DNA of 64,000 nt, from the NCBI GenBank assembly GCA_965140785.1, contig OZ223491.1, positions 1 to 64,000 on the forward strand, written 5' to 3'. The stretch's first letter is position 1. Each line of letters starts with the position of its first letter. This DNA comes from an uncultured Ruficoccus sp. GTDB lineage: Bacteria; Verrucomicrobiota; Verrucomicrobiia; Opitutales; Cerasicoccaceae. Below the pieces are notes generated by a model, which was not told the DNA's origin, made no database searches, and saw nothing but the letters and a program-made list of their open reading frames with translations. The translations under genes were made by a program, and so were the position numbers. Positions 21,273-31,807 of this stretch are shown here, piece after piece.

Positions 21273-22463
21273 ATGCATACCCATTGCCCCACCCCTGGTC
21301 TGAATATCAAAGAAACCGCCGAACGCTTGCGTAATCTCGCGTCGATTGAACGCTCCGGCATGTGCGCGCTCGCAGGCTGGTTTTTGCGTATCGGCGCCTA
21401 CGAGTCCAAGTACCAGTTGGCCGACTCGCTCTACCGCGCGTCTGAGCATATCAGTTGGCTTCGCAGCCGGCTCGGAGAGATGCGCGCGGGGAATCCGGAC
21501 GCCAACGTCCGCCCGGCTCTCAAAACGTTCGCTGAAGAAATACCCAACGCCCCCAGCGACGAGGACTTCCTCCACGGCTACTACGGAGTGCTCCAGGCCG
21601 GGCTGCTCCACACCGCCCGTCAGGACCTGGCAAAAATGGACCCTGTCGCCAATGCCAACGAGACGCGTCTCTACCAACGCATGATCCACGATTGGGAAGC
21701 CGACCAGGAGTGGTACAAGCAATTGGCGGTTGGAGATGCCGACACAGACTGGAGTACCTACCTGTGTGCGCGGTTGGCCGGCATTGGCAGCATCCATGGA
21801 GAGGAAACCGAAGAGCAAGCCCCTCCCCCGCCCTCTCCGGGAGTCGCGTTCTCACGTCCCGAGACGATCAACTTCGACTCGCGCATTTCCCGGTCAGAGC
21901 TGGCCTCTTACGACGAGCGTCAAAAGATGACCCCGCAGGAGGCCACGATTGAGCAATTCCGGGTCTTCTTCAACGAGTTCTACGCCGCTGCCCTCTTGGC
22001 CAGTATCCTGTATGACGCGCACGGCGGCGACTATCCCTGGGAGCTCTTTTCCGATTTCAGCCGCCACTTCTGGGATGAGGCTCGCCACAGTCAGTTTGGC
22101 GCGGTTCGCCTGAGAGAGCTCGGTGTCGAGCCGGACCGGGTCAATCCGATCCTCTTTGAGCAATCACAGGGGCTGCCCATCCTGCACCGCATCGCCTACC
22201 TGACCCGCGGGCTGGAGGCGTACTTCATGCCGCGCAAGCCGAAGCGCTTCAAAGAGTACGAACAAAACGGCGACACCCGCAGCCAGTTGTTCGCCGACCA
22301 GGACTGGTCGGACGAAATCAACCATGTGCGCTACGGCTCCCGCTGGACCGACCACTTGCTCAAAGATGACTTCCGTGAGGTGGACGATATCATCGACGAA
22401 GTTCGTGAGCACCTTTCCGAGGTTCGCGGAGAACCTTTAGCCGAGATCAACGCACCTTTTTAA
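21273..22463 (+). CDS. Ferritin-like (DUF455-like) di-iron protein, two helical domains
   Basis: FFNEFYAA, WDEARHSQFG, GLE and DEINHVRYGSRW: paired E / ExxH motifs. Confidence 0.7.
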   Translation: MHTHCPTPGLNIKETAERLRNLASIERSGMCALAGWFLRIGAYESKYQLADSLYRASEHISWLRSRLGEMRAGNPDANVRPALKTFAEEIPNAPSDEDFLHGYYGVLQAGLLHTARQDLAKMDPVANANETRLYQRMIHDWEADQEWYKQLAVGDADTDWSTYLCARLAGIGSIHGEETEEQAPPPPSPGVAFSRPETINFDSRISRSELASYDERQKMTPQEATIEQFRVFFNEFYAAALLASILYDAHGGDYPWELFSDFSRHFWDEARHSQFGAVRLRELGVEPDRVNPILFEQSQGLPILHRIAYLTRGLEAYFMPRKPKRFKEYEQNGDTRSQLFADQDWSDEINHVRYGSRWTDHLLKDDFREVDDIIDEVREHLSEVRGEPLAEINAPF

Positions 22464-22466
22464 ACC

Positions 22467-23795
22467 ATGAAAAGCCTGAGTACTGTTTATCCCATCAGCC
22501 TATATATCTTCGCCTCGCCCACCTATTGGCCGGATGCCGCAGAGCGCAGGCGTCTCGCCAACACCATCACCCGCACGATTACCTCCGAGGGCAACGAGAT
22601 CCAGGTGAGGACATTCCTCATCGACAGCGATGCTTCTCTGGCCGAAGTCCTGAGCTCGACCGACTCGGCGGCGGTCTTCTGTGCGCTCAGTGGCGGAGTC
22701 CAGGCCTGGATGACCGCGTTGGCAGAAAAAGTTCAGCATCCCTGCGTGTTTAATGCTTACCTACCGGGAACCGCCGACGAGCCGGTGAGCGCCGAATTGC
22801 TCCACGCGAACGCCCACCCCGCCAGCACGGACTTCTTTGCCCATCAGCGCCTGGCCGGAAAGAACCCGGCCTGGATCACCACCCGGGAGGAATTGACTCA
22901 CATTGCCCGGGCCTGGCAGGGGGTGCGACGCTTGCAACAGGCCACGGTTCTTAAAATCGGCGAAACCGAACCCTGGGTGATTAACAGTTGTCGGGACCCG
23001 GAAGTGATCCGCACCCGCATCGGCACGCAGGTCATTGCGTTGGAGCGGGACGAACTCTACGCCGAGGTGCGGGCAGTCGCGAACGCGTCCGCTCAGCAGG
23101 AGGCCCAATCATGGCTCGACCGCGCCAACTCGCTCGTGGATGTGGCCTCTCCGGATGTCATCACGGCCAGCGCGGTCACGGTGGCCATGCAAAATCTCCT
23201 CGAACGTTACGAGGCCGACGGGCTCTCCATGGCCTGTTTCGCCATGATCGGAGACATAGACACGACGAGTTGCCTGGCCCTCAGCGCTCTCAACGCCAGC
23301 GCGAACCGGATCGGCGCGTGCGAAGGAGATCTCGATGCCGCCCTCACCCAGCTGCTGCTGAAAGCCTCAGGCGCGGACTTTGTCTGGATCGCAAACCCTA
23401 TCATCGGCAGCGGCAAGCATATCGACCTGGTACACTGCACGGCGCCCACCTGTTCATGCCAGGGTAATTTTCCTTTCCGCCTGATGCGACACCATGAGAG
23501 CGGACGTGGCGTGGCTCCCGAAGTGGAGCTACCGTCCCACGAGACCGCCTCCATTTGCCGCCTGAGCGTGAATGCCTCTACCCTGGTAGCCCACCAGGGG
23601 GAGACCCTGCATGTCTCGAAGCTGCCGGCCTGCCACACGCAGCTCCGGCTGACGGTCGAGAGTACGCAGGGCGTTCTCGACAGCCTCATGGGGACGCACT
23701 TCGTCCTTTCCTACGGGCACTGGCTCAAGCCCCTCGAATATGCCTCCCGCTTCCTCGGATTAAAGTATCACGCCACGGATGCTCTCCACGACTGA
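22467..23795 (+). CDS. L-fucose/L-arabinose isomerase-like protein
   Basis: DGLSMACF, SCLALSALN, ACEGDLDAA, ANP, HCTAP, ACHTQL, GTHFVLSYGH. Confidence 0.75.
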   Translation: MKSLSTVYPISLYIFASPTYWPDAAERRRLANTITRTITSEGNEIQVRTFLIDSDASLAEVLSSTDSAAVFCALSGGVQAWMTALAEKVQHPCVFNAYLPGTADEPVSAELLHANAHPASTDFFAHQRLAGKNPAWITTREELTHIARAWQGVRRLQQATVLKIGETEPWVINSCRDPEVIRTRIGTQVIALERDELYAEVRAVANASAQQEAQSWLDRANSLVDVASPDVITASAVTVAMQNLLERYEADGLSMACFAMIGDIDTTSCLALSALNASANRIGACEGDLDAALTQLLLKASGADFVWIANPIIGSGKHIDLVHCTAPTCSCQGNFPFRLMRHHESGRGVAPEVELPSHETASICRLSVNASTLVAHQGETLHVSKLPACHTQLRLTVESTQGVLDSLMGTHFVLSYGHWLKPLEYASRFLGLKYHATDALHD

Positions 23796-24073
23796 AAGGC
23801 AGGAAGCCCCCGCCCCCCTCGGCGCAGAGTTGCTTGTCATCCATATGGGTCAACAGGACTTTGGGTTTCCGACATAGCCTGGAAACTGCCTCCAGGAGCG
23901 ATAAAGGAAAGGTCTCGCCGAGCTAACCAACTCGCTTATGACGGATGATCGGTAAGGCCAGGTGGAATTTCATGAACAGGGGTGAAGGCGTAGTTGATAG
24001 AGCCTGAGAATTTCCGCTCATGCTCTGTATATTTGATGCCGGGGCGGACGGCACAACTCCGGCTACCGTTGGC

Positions 24074-25141
24074 TTAATTAGTGGCCAGGTCAGGGGCTTC
24101 CTGAGACTCCAGCATGGGACGCAAGGTACGGTAGCAGTGCAGATTTATCCCGCCAAAGGCCGCGTCCCCTTGCAAGGCTCCGTTTAATTCTTTGACGGCG
24201 GCCACGAGTTCCTCGCCATTACGCCCATGGAAGGTGATGGTGGGAGTCTCACTCAGCGGTACCGTCTCCAGCGAGAGGTAAACCGTGCCGCCCGTTTCAC
24301 GCGCATAATCCAGCTCCTCCTCGGAAATTTTCACCACCGAGTTGCCGCCGGTCATCCGAGTTCGGTAAGACATGATCCCGATCCCGTCGGCCAGATCCTG
24401 AATGTGCTGATCCAGGTACTTGGTCTCTCCATCAAACTCGACTGCGAGCTCCTCCCGATCGCTGTACCAGAAGGGAATGTCATGGGTAATGGTAAGCTCA
24501 GGATCGGCGGATTTCACCTCCTCGCGGATAGCCTGCATGGTCTCCAGCAGCTCCAACGCGATTGCCTGCTTATCCCCACTCTTCCAGCGCTCCGTGACGT
24601 AGGGTTCGATGTCGTAATGAAAACCGGAAAACCCTTCTCCGGTCGGCAGCGATTCCTGAAAAGCCAAGACAGCGTCGAGCTTGGCCAGCGTATCCGCCCG
24701 GTTCTGGGCGAACCCCATATCCCCGGCGCCGTCCAGCGCCTCGACCTGGATGCCAGCGTTATGGGCCTGGGCCAGGAACGCCGTCCATGCCTGCGGATTG
24801 GCTAGCTGATACCCGTCCCCGCTCCGGTCGAAGCGCACCTGTACAAACACATGGGTGATGCCATAGCGCTGGCAGAACTGAAGCAGCGCCGCACGCGCCT
24901 CAGGCTCATACACCGGCTCCGCATGCCAGACCCACATCCCGAGGTTGGCCCCCGGAGCGATCAAGGCACTCGCCTCCTGCACAGGGGTCGCGTCCGAGGC
25001 CGGACAGCTGTCCATACCTGCCCCGTTGACACCCAAGGGCAAGGCCAGCGCGGCGAATGTCACCACCGCAGACAGCCCCCACTTGGAACGCCCGGAGGTG
25101 GGCACGGCGTGAGAACAGGAAGAGATCAAAGATTTGAACAT
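24074..25141 (-). CDS. Secreted GH18-like TIM-barrel protein of unknown specificity
   Basis: GMWVW, AHNAGIQVEALDG, GFHYDIEPY (DxE), IMSYR, SLET. Confidence 0.6.
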   Translation of the reverse strand: MFKSLISSCSHAVPTSGRSKWGLSAVVTFAALALPLGVNGAGMDSCPASDATPVQEASALIAPGANLGMWVWHAEPVYEPEARAALLQFCQRYGITHVFVQVRFDRSGDGYQLANPQAWTAFLAQAHNAGIQVEALDGAGDMGFAQNRADTLAKLDAVLAFQESLPTGEGFSGFHYDIEPYVTERWKSGDKQAIALELLETMQAIREEVKSADPELTITHDIPFWYSDREELAVEFDGETKYLDQHIQDLADGIGIMSYRTRMTGGNSVVKISEEELDYARETGGTVYLSLETVPLSETPTITFHGRNGEELVAAVKELNGALQGDAAFGGINLHCYRTLRPMLESQEAPDLATN

Positions 25142-25230
25142 ACCTTGTTGTAGTGGGGATTGAGCGCCAATATTATACAGCGCCGGGGGTATTAAGACAA
25201 GTTATTCGGAGCACTCCGATCCGTGCGGGA

Positions 25231-25935
25231 CTACTCCTGACGGCGACCACGGCGGCGATAAACCACCGTCGCGATGAGCGCACCGATCGCGATAAACGAG
25301 GCGTACTGCCCGGCCTCCGGGACTGCTGCTACAATGATGTCATCCACATAAACGTCCTGTCGGGTACTGGCATCCTCGGTGTTCTCGAAACGAAGTCGAA
25401 TGTTGTCAATACTGGCCAGGGTGTCGCTCAGTGAAGCCACTGCCGCCGACGTACGGGACATATCTGTCTCGTTCAGGGAGAAAGATATCGTCTGGTAAGT
25501 TGCGCTGTTCACGGTGGCCGCCGCTACCGTGGTGGTCTGCCAGATGACAGAGTTGGTGCCCTCAATGGCCAGCTTTAAAAGTGTGGGGTTGGTCGGCGGA
25601 TCAAAACCTGCGCGGGTAACGATATAGAGTGTGACGTCGATCGTGTCGCCGACGTCCAGGCTCTGGGCCGCGGACGGCACATTAACCATCTGCATGTTGG
25701 CATTGTTTCCGACATTCCAAGTTAAGGCGAAAAGAGCGGCGTTCGTGCCACTCACCCCCGCGTCCTCAGCCAGCGTAGGGGCGCCGGCCTGTGCACCGGA
25801 GCCAAATGAGCCCCAGTTCGCCTGAAGGGCGGCCGTATCGTCGTAGCTGTCAAAATTATCAATGGTTATCTGGGAAAACAGATTACAGGAAGCGGCCACA
25901 ACCGCGCATAGCGTACCTATCAATACCTTGTTCAT
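25231..25935 (-). CDS. PEP-CTERM sorting domain protein (CBM-like beta-sandwich)
   Basis: Signal peptide; C-terminus VPEAGQYA + TM + RRRGRR. Confidence 0.85.
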   Translation of the reverse strand: MNKVLIGTLCAVVAASCNLFSQITIDNFDSYDDTAALQANWGSFGSGAQAGAPTLAEDAGVSGTNAALFALTWNVGNNANMQMVNVPSAAQSLDVGDTIDVTLYIVTRAGFDPPTNPTLLKLAIEGTNSVIWQTTTVAAATVNSATYQTISFSLNETDMSRTSAAVASLSDTLASIDNIRLRFENTEDASTRQDVYVDDIIVAAVPEAGQYASFIAIGALIATVVYRRRGRRQE

Positions 25936-25986
25936 GTCGTTTGTTTGTTGATGATTTTATCCCTTAGAGAGAGAATTGTCGTTTAT

Positions 25987-25999
25987 TTCATTTAATGAA
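25987..25999. promoter_or_regulatory. Putative ROK-repressor operator TTCATT-T-AATGAA
   Basis: Perfect palindrome about 50 bp upstream of the PEP-CTERM gene; TTGAC on the minus strand at 26021-26025. Confidence 0.75.
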
Positions 26000-26184
26000 G
26001 TATTTTGTTTTTTAGAATCCGTCAACAATTTTTGAAGATTTTTAATCAGGCCACCTGAAAGCTCTTAAAAATGAGATGTTTCTGAGTTTGGGAGGCGAGT
26101 TCTCCGATTGATCTCGCAGGCAAAACACCCGGAAAAATAGCCCCATCACACAACCCGGAAACGTTAACCGGGCCCGGGCCGGGA

Positions 26185-27315
26185 TTACTTACCAGCGCTC
26201 AGGATGTGGCCACCCAAAGCCGCCTCCAGGCACTCATGCAGCACCCACAAAGCCGCCCCTTTGGAAAGATCGGCCAGCCCATCCTGGGCAAAACGAATGC
26301 TGAATCTGCGGTCCGTGATGGGGATCAAGGATTTCTCCAAGGACTTTTCCAGAACGTCAAAGTGCTCGCGCTCCATCGATACGTGATCACTGGCAACAAC
26401 GAGGTGGCCGATATCCAACAGGTTGATGGCCGAAGCAAGCAACTGGCCGAGCCGGGAGAAAAAAACGACGGTATCGTGCCCCCCCCGCTGGCCGATCTCC
26501 TCCAGGCCGGGCGGGATCAGCACGGCGTCGAGCTCACCGGCGGCATAGTTCGCGCCCCGGTAGATATCCCCGTTGAGGTTGATACCCAGGCCGAGTGAAA
26601 AAGGCGACTTCAAGTGCGGGATTGCATTAAGCTTAACCAGCAGATAGCCCGAGTTATACCAGTACTCGCCGGGATTCATGTACTGCTCATAGTAGGTGCC
26701 GTAGTTGACATTGCGGTCGACAAAAACTGGCAGCTTGAGCTTTTCCTGCAAAACCTCACGGATCGGGTAGTTCTCCAGCTTGAGCGCGCGGGAGAGAATA
26801 ACCACACCCCGCTCGCGGTTGACGATGCCCGGAATCGCAACCCCTACCCCGTTAACCTGCTCCATGCTCAGACCGGCCCGACGAACCAGGGATTCGACCT
26901 GTCGTGGCAGATTTCCCAGCGTACGATTACTCCAGTCTTTCTCATACACTTCTTCCGCGATCAGAGTACCATCGCCGTCGAAGATGCTGATTTCATGGGC
27001 AAAGGTATGGAAGTTGACCCCGACCGCGTAGGCGGCGCATGGGTTGATATGCAGGATCGTTTCCTTGGGGCCGACCCGGCTGCTCTCCCGGGCTTCGCCC
27101 TCGATGACGAGGCCGGAGCTGATCAGTTCGGAAACGATATTGGAAATAGTCGAAGCCTGCATTTGCGTATTCTGCACAATGCGACGCTGGGAGTACTGCT
27201 GGCGGGAATAAATCAGGCGCAGCACCCGCAGCCGATTAGCGATCTGCGCCTGCTTACGGTTGTTCTTCGGTTTCTGAAAGCCCGCGCCGGCATTGCCTGG
27301 GGGAGTCGGCTTCAT
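26185..27315 (-). CDS. ROK family transcriptional repressor (NagC/XylR-like)
   Basis: N-terminal wHTH (NRLRVLRLI..STISNIVSELI..GLVIE), GVGVAIPGIVN, YRGANYAAGEL; start approximate. Confidence 0.9.
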   Translation of the reverse strand: MKPTPPGNAGAGFQKPKNNRKQAQIANRLRVLRLIYSRQQYSQRRIVQNTQMQASTISNIVSELISSGLVIEGEARESSRVGPKETILHINPCAAYAVGVNFHTFAHEISIFDGDGTLIAEEVYEKDWSNRTLGNLPRQVESLVRRAGLSMEQVNGVGVAIPGIVNRERGVVILSRALKLENYPIREVLQEKLKLPVFVDRNVNYGTYYEQYMNPGEYWYNSGYLLVKLNAIPHLKSPFSLGLGINLNGDIYRGANYAAGELDAVLIPPGLEEIGQRGGHDTVVFFSRLGQLLASAINLLDIGHLVVASDHVSMEREHFDVLEKSLEKSLIPITDRRFSIRFAQDGLADLSKGAALWVLHECLEAALGGHILSAGK

Positions 27316-27477
27316 CCCGTCCAACATACTTTCTGAAAAATGCATACCCCTGTTCTTTGAACAACCCACCCGACGGGCAAGACTAATAGTTCAGCCAACA
27401 GAACAATCAACCCCGCCCCCTTACTGCGCACCGATGGATTCCTCTCTGCTCGCCGGCAGACAACCCAACTCAATAAA

Positions 27478-27490
27478 TTCACTGAATGAA
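27478..27490. promoter_or_regulatory. Putative ROK operator TTCACT-G-AATGAA
   Basis: In the divergent ROK/GH20 intergenic region, 9 bp before TTGACC. Confidence 0.75.
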
Positions 27491-27634
27491 TTATTTCTCT
27501 TGACCGGGAGCTTTATCTGCCTATCAGTAGAACGACAAAGCCAATAAGTGCGACGGCCACAACCGGCCCCGCCCGCGGTGAATACTCACAATACTCACCC
27601 CACCGTCGCCCGGACTCTTTCCCCGATCGCAAGG

Positions 27635-29086
27635 ATGAGCAAGATACACGGATTTATGATCGACAGTGCCCGGTGCATGGAAAACCGGGACTACTATAAA
27701 CGCCTGATCGACGTCAGCGCCCACAGCGGCATGAACACGCTGCTGTGGCACTTCACCGACGACCAGGGGTGCAGCCTGGACTTTCCCAGTCTCCCCCACC
27801 TCGGCGACCCGCACGCCTTCAGTGCAGATGAAATGGCGGAGCTCATTACCTACGCCCAGGCGCGGGGCATCACGCTCATCCCGGAGCTGGAAACGCTCGG
27901 GCATTCGCGCTATCTGACCCGCCACCCGCAGTACCGGCACCTACTGGAGAACGACCACGACTTTACCGCTATCTGCCCCCTGCACCCGGACACCCGCGCA
28001 CTCATGCGGACTCTCCTGCGGGACGTGACGAAGATTTTTCCCTCGGAGTATGTTCATGTCGGCCTCGACGAGGTGCAGTTCGGCGAGCATCCGCTGACAG
28101 CCGAGGCACTGCGCACCCGTAGCGAAGTGGAGATCTTCGCCGAGTACACACGCTTCATTCACGACGAGTTGAAACAGCTGGGCCGAAAAATGATCATGTG
28201 GCTGGATCAACCCAGCTATGACACGGGGATTCTGGACCACCTTCCCAAAGACATCGTCATCGCCGTCTGGCAGTACACACCGGACGTCACCGACAAGCTT
28301 GCCCGAGAGGTGTTGAAGAAAGGCTTCCAAACGCTGCTGTGTCCGGGACTCATCACCTATGACCAACAGGCATTCCCCGGCGACTTCGCCCTGCCGAATA
28401 TCGCCCGAATGAGCGCGAACCAGAGCCTGCGGGGTTCCGGTGAAATCCTCGGCACGCTCACCACGATCTGGACCCCGATGCGTTACCTGCACGATTGCCT
28501 GTGGCCGGCGCTACGGGTTGCGGCCGACATGATGACCGGCTCCAACCATTCCCTCGCCGAGTCCGTTTGCGGGCACATGCGGGATTTTCATGGCATGATC
28601 CCTTCCACCGCGCTTCTCGACGCGCTCTGTCGCTGCTTCAAAATCGCTCCGCAGCGCGCGGAATACCTGAGCATTCTCAAGGGTGAACCGGCAGGCTTTG
28701 AAGCCGACGATCTTTCAGAACGTGCGGAGGCGTGGGAGAAAACTTTTGAAACGCTCAAAGGCGCCGCAGGCGCGATCCGTCGCGAGCACCGCGCCTTTGA
28801 CACGCTGTGTCAGTTCACCGGTTGGATGGCGTATCTGTACCGGCGCGCCGCCCACATGGCCGCAAAAGGCGCGGACGCTAGCGCCGACGAAGCCCTGACC
28901 GCTGAAGGCCAGACATGGCTGAAGTGCCTGGAGGACATCTGGGATCAGGAACGCTTCCCCGACGATCCGCGCAAGCACACGCCGGTTTTCCATTGGGAAA
29001 TCAACGAATACCTCCTGATCAACTTCCGCCACAGCCTGCAGACGGGCATCCTTCATTCAGAAGCACCCGCCCTGAGTCTTCGCTAG
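27635..29086 (+). CDS. GH20-family beta-N-acetylhexosaminidase-like protein
   Basis: GFMIDSAR, LLWHFTDDQG, IPELETLGH, HVGLDEV. Confidence 0.9.
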   Translation: MSKIHGFMIDSARCMENRDYYKRLIDVSAHSGMNTLLWHFTDDQGCSLDFPSLPHLGDPHAFSADEMAELITYAQARGITLIPELETLGHSRYLTRHPQYRHLLENDHDFTAICPLHPDTRALMRTLLRDVTKIFPSEYVHVGLDEVQFGEHPLTAEALRTRSEVEIFAEYTRFIHDELKQLGRKMIMWLDQPSYDTGILDHLPKDIVIAVWQYTPDVTDKLAREVLKKGFQTLLCPGLITYDQQAFPGDFALPNIARMSANQSLRGSGEILGTLTTIWTPMRYLHDCLWPALRVAADMMTGSNHSLAESVCGHMRDFHGMIPSTALLDALCRCFKIAPQRAEYLSILKGEPAGFEADDLSERAEAWEKTFETLKGAAGAIRREHRAFDTLCQFTGWMAYLYRRAAHMAAKGADASADEALTAEGQTWLKCLEDIWDQERFPDDPRKHTPVFHWEINEYLLINFRHSLQTGILHSEAPALSLR

Positions 29087-29118
29087 CCTTTAACCGGTAA
29101 ACCATCCGCAAAACGATC

Positions 29119-29901
29119 ATGACCGTCACACCTGCCTATTTCGACCAGTTGAAAGTGTACACTGCCGCCAACCGAGCCTCCCAAGGCGCGGCAGCGGCCA
29201 GCCATGTCATCTCCATTCTTAACGACACCATCACCATGCTCGGGCATGCGCGGGTTATCTTCGCCTGCGCGCCTTCGCAGGACGATTTCCTGTGGGCGCT
29301 GGTCGAGCAAAAGCATGCCGTGGACTGGCAGCGCGTCACCGCGTTTCACATGGACGAGTACATCGGGCTCTCGGCTGACCAGCCCCAGAGCTTCCGCCAT
29401 TACCTCGAGGAGCACCTGCTCCAGCACGTGCCCGTCCATACCTTTCGCCCGATCGGCGGAGACGCTCCCGATATCCCGCAGGAGTGCGCCCGCTACACCG
29501 CACTTCTGAAAGAGGCTCCGATGGATCTCGTCTGTATGGGTATCGGCGAAAACGGCCACATCGCCTTTAATGATCCGGGCGTGGCGGACTTTGAGGACCC
29601 GCTGGCCATCAAGCCCGCGGAGCTCGACGAGGCCTGCCGGGTTCAGCAGGTCAACGACGGCTGCTTCCCCTCCCTGGAGCAGGTGCCCACCCACGCGCTC
29701 ACCTTGACCATCCCCACGCTCCTGGGCTGCCGACACATCTCCTGTGTCGTCCCGGGCAAGCTCAAGGCCGCCGCTGTCCGCGAGGCCCTGGAGGGACCGG
29801 TCAGTCCCCGCTGCCCGGCCTCCATCCTGCGCACCCACCCCTCGGCCAAACTTTTCCTGGATACCGACGCAGCCTCGCTCATGACCATGGTCGCCTCCTG
29901 A
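29119..29901 (+). CDS. nagB: Glucosamine/galactosamine-6-phosphate deaminase family (short NagB-like)
   Basis: FHMDEYIGL, MGIGENGHIAFNDP, CPASILRTH. Confidence 0.85.
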   Translation: MTVTPAYFDQLKVYTAANRASQGAAAASHVISILNDTITMLGHARVIFACAPSQDDFLWALVEQKHAVDWQRVTAFHMDEYIGLSADQPQSFRHYLEEHLLQHVPVHTFRPIGGDAPDIPQECARYTALLKEAPMDLVCMGIGENGHIAFNDPGVADFEDPLAIKPAELDEACRVQQVNDGCFPSLEQVPTHALTLTIPTLLGCRHISCVVPGKLKAAAVREALEGPVSPRCPASILRTHPSAKLFLDTDAASLMTMVAS

Positions 29902-29920
29902 GCATCGACCCGCAACACCC

Positions 29921-30913
29921 ATGGATGCTTTCAGACACACCTCCGGCCTCTTTGACCTGCAAGTCAACGGATTTGCCGGTATCGATTTCCAGAGCCCGTC
30001 CCTGAAACAGTCCGAGCTGGAATTCGCCTGTGAGCAACTCCGTCGGCGTCAGACCGGTGGAATCCTGCTCACCCTCATCACCGCGCCCATTCCTCAACTG
30101 TGCCGCCAACTCGAGAAAATCGAAAACTGGCGTCAACAGTCCCACCTGCTTGCGGACACCATCGCCGGCTACCACCTCGAAGGGCCCTTCATCAGCGACG
30201 AACCCGGCTACTGTGGCGCGCATCCTGCTCAGGCGACACTAGACCCGACACCCAAGGACGTTTCCCGGCTCGTGGACGCTGCCGGCGGCCAGCTCCGGCT
30301 GATGACACTCGCTCCCGAACGCAAAGGAGCCCCCGAGGCGATCCGGGCTCTTGTCGATATGAATGTTGTTGTCAGTTTGGGGCATACGAATGCCGGAAGC
30401 GCCGCCATCGATCAGGCGGTCGAAGCCGGGGCCACGCTGTGCACCCACTTGGGCAATGGCGTCCCGCTCAATCTGCCGCGCCATGATAATATCATTCAGC
30501 GGCTGCTTTCCCGCGACGAGTTGATTGCCTGCTTCATTCCCGACGGCATCCATATTCCCTTTCCCGTCTTGAAAAATTTTATCCGGGCGAAATCGCCACA
30601 GCAGGTGATTTTCACCACTGACTCGATGGCCGCTGCCGGCGCCCCCCCGGGCGATTACACACTCGGCCGGATGCATGTCCAGGTCGGCCCCGACGGCGTC
30701 GCGCGTCAACCCGAGGGCGGCGGACTGGCGGGCTCCTCCCTCTGCCCCGACGAGGCGGTGGAGAACTTGACCCACCACCTGGGCTACACCCGTGCCGAGG
30801 CCGAATCGGCCCTGGGCTCCCGCGTCCTGGAAGTCCTCGGCATCAGCGCTCCCGATTACCCTGACCCTTTAACTGCGAAACACCCTCAACCTGCCCACCC
30901 AGCCCAAACTTAA
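29921..30913 (+). CDS. nagA: N-acetylhexosamine-6-phosphate deacetylase
   Basis: DLQVNG, HLEGPFIS, GAH, TLAPE, LGHT, THLGNG, DGIH, TDS. Confidence 0.88.
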   Translation: MDAFRHTSGLFDLQVNGFAGIDFQSPSLKQSELEFACEQLRRRQTGGILLTLITAPIPQLCRQLEKIENWRQQSHLLADTIAGYHLEGPFISDEPGYCGAHPAQATLDPTPKDVSRLVDAAGGQLRLMTLAPERKGAPEAIRALVDMNVVVSLGHTNAGSAAIDQAVEAGATLCTHLGNGVPLNLPRHDNIIQRLLSRDELIACFIPDGIHIPFPVLKNFIRAKSPQQVIFTTDSMAAAGAPPGDYTLGRMHVQVGPDGVARQPEGGGLAGSSLCPDEAVENLTHHLGYTRAEAESALGSRVLEVLGISAPDYPDPLTAKHPQPAHPAQT

Positions 30914-31040
30914 CCGGAAAGGTAAACTGGCGATGATCAAAATGACAGGTACAAATTTGGAAGGAACAAAACGGACGATAGGCGCTTCTGTGAATAACGC
31001 TTTCCGTAGCGCTACGAATCCTTGTATACTTTCAAGCAAG

Positions 31041-31787
31041 ATGAACCGATATGCAGCAGTATCCCACCGCCGTAAGTCCTCTGCCAAAGCGTTCAGCCTG
31101 ATTGAACTTATGACGGTGATCGCGGTTATCGGCATCCTTTGCTCGATCCTGATTCCCACCATCCAGTATGTCCGCCAGTCGGCTCGCGAATCGAAGTCGA
31201 TCAGCAACCTGAGGCAGATATCCGCCGCCCTGAATGTCTATGCCTCTGAGCACGGCGGACGCTTCCCGGCCGGCTACTTCTATCAGCCCGGCGAAGGCGA
31301 ACGCATCTGGACGGTCGAGCTTTCGCCCTACCTGGAGCAGAAAACCGACTCCAACGAGAGCGCCCGGAATATTTTTGTCTCTCCGCTGGCTGAAATCCCC
31401 GTCAACGAGGGGAATTTCAACCAGGGCGTCGTCCCCTCCACCTACTCTGTACACGGGCTGATCTGCTCGGATATCAGCAACGGCGACACACGCCTGCGCC
31501 AGTCCCTGATCAAGCGTCCGTCCGATGTCATTCTGGTCGGCGAAGGCACCCAGCGCAGCAACAGTACCTACGCCAATGCCAGCTTCTCCAATCCCATCGC
31601 CTTCCGCCAGGCTGACAGTACGGAAGACCTCGACACCCCGATCCCCACGGGCTCAGACGTGGACGGCGTAGGTGGCGCGCTCCGCTACCGCGCCCGGGGT
31701 TATGTGCCGGTCGCCTTTGTCGATGGCCACGCCGAACTAATGAAAAAAGGCACTGTCACCTACGCCAACGTGATCGCCGACCGCTGA
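31041..31787 (+). CDS. Prepilin-type N-terminal cleavage/methylation protein (H-X9-DG-CTERM-like)
   Basis: AFSLIELMTVIAVIGIL, SNLRQI, C-terminal VAFVDGHAE. Confidence 0.9.
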   Translation: MNRYAAVSHRRKSSAKAFSLIELMTVIAVIGILCSILIPTIQYVRQSARESKSISNLRQISAALNVYASEHGGRFPAGYFYQPGEGERIWTVELSPYLEQKTDSNESARNIFVSPLAEIPVNEGNFNQGVVPSTYSVHGLICSDISNGDTRLRQSLIKRPSDVILVGEGTQRSNSTYANASFSNPIAFRQADSTEDLDTPIPTGSDVDGVGGALRYRARGYVPVAFVDGHAELMKKGTVTYANVIADR

Positions 31788-31807
31788 GATCCTGCGTTAA
31801 TCAAACC

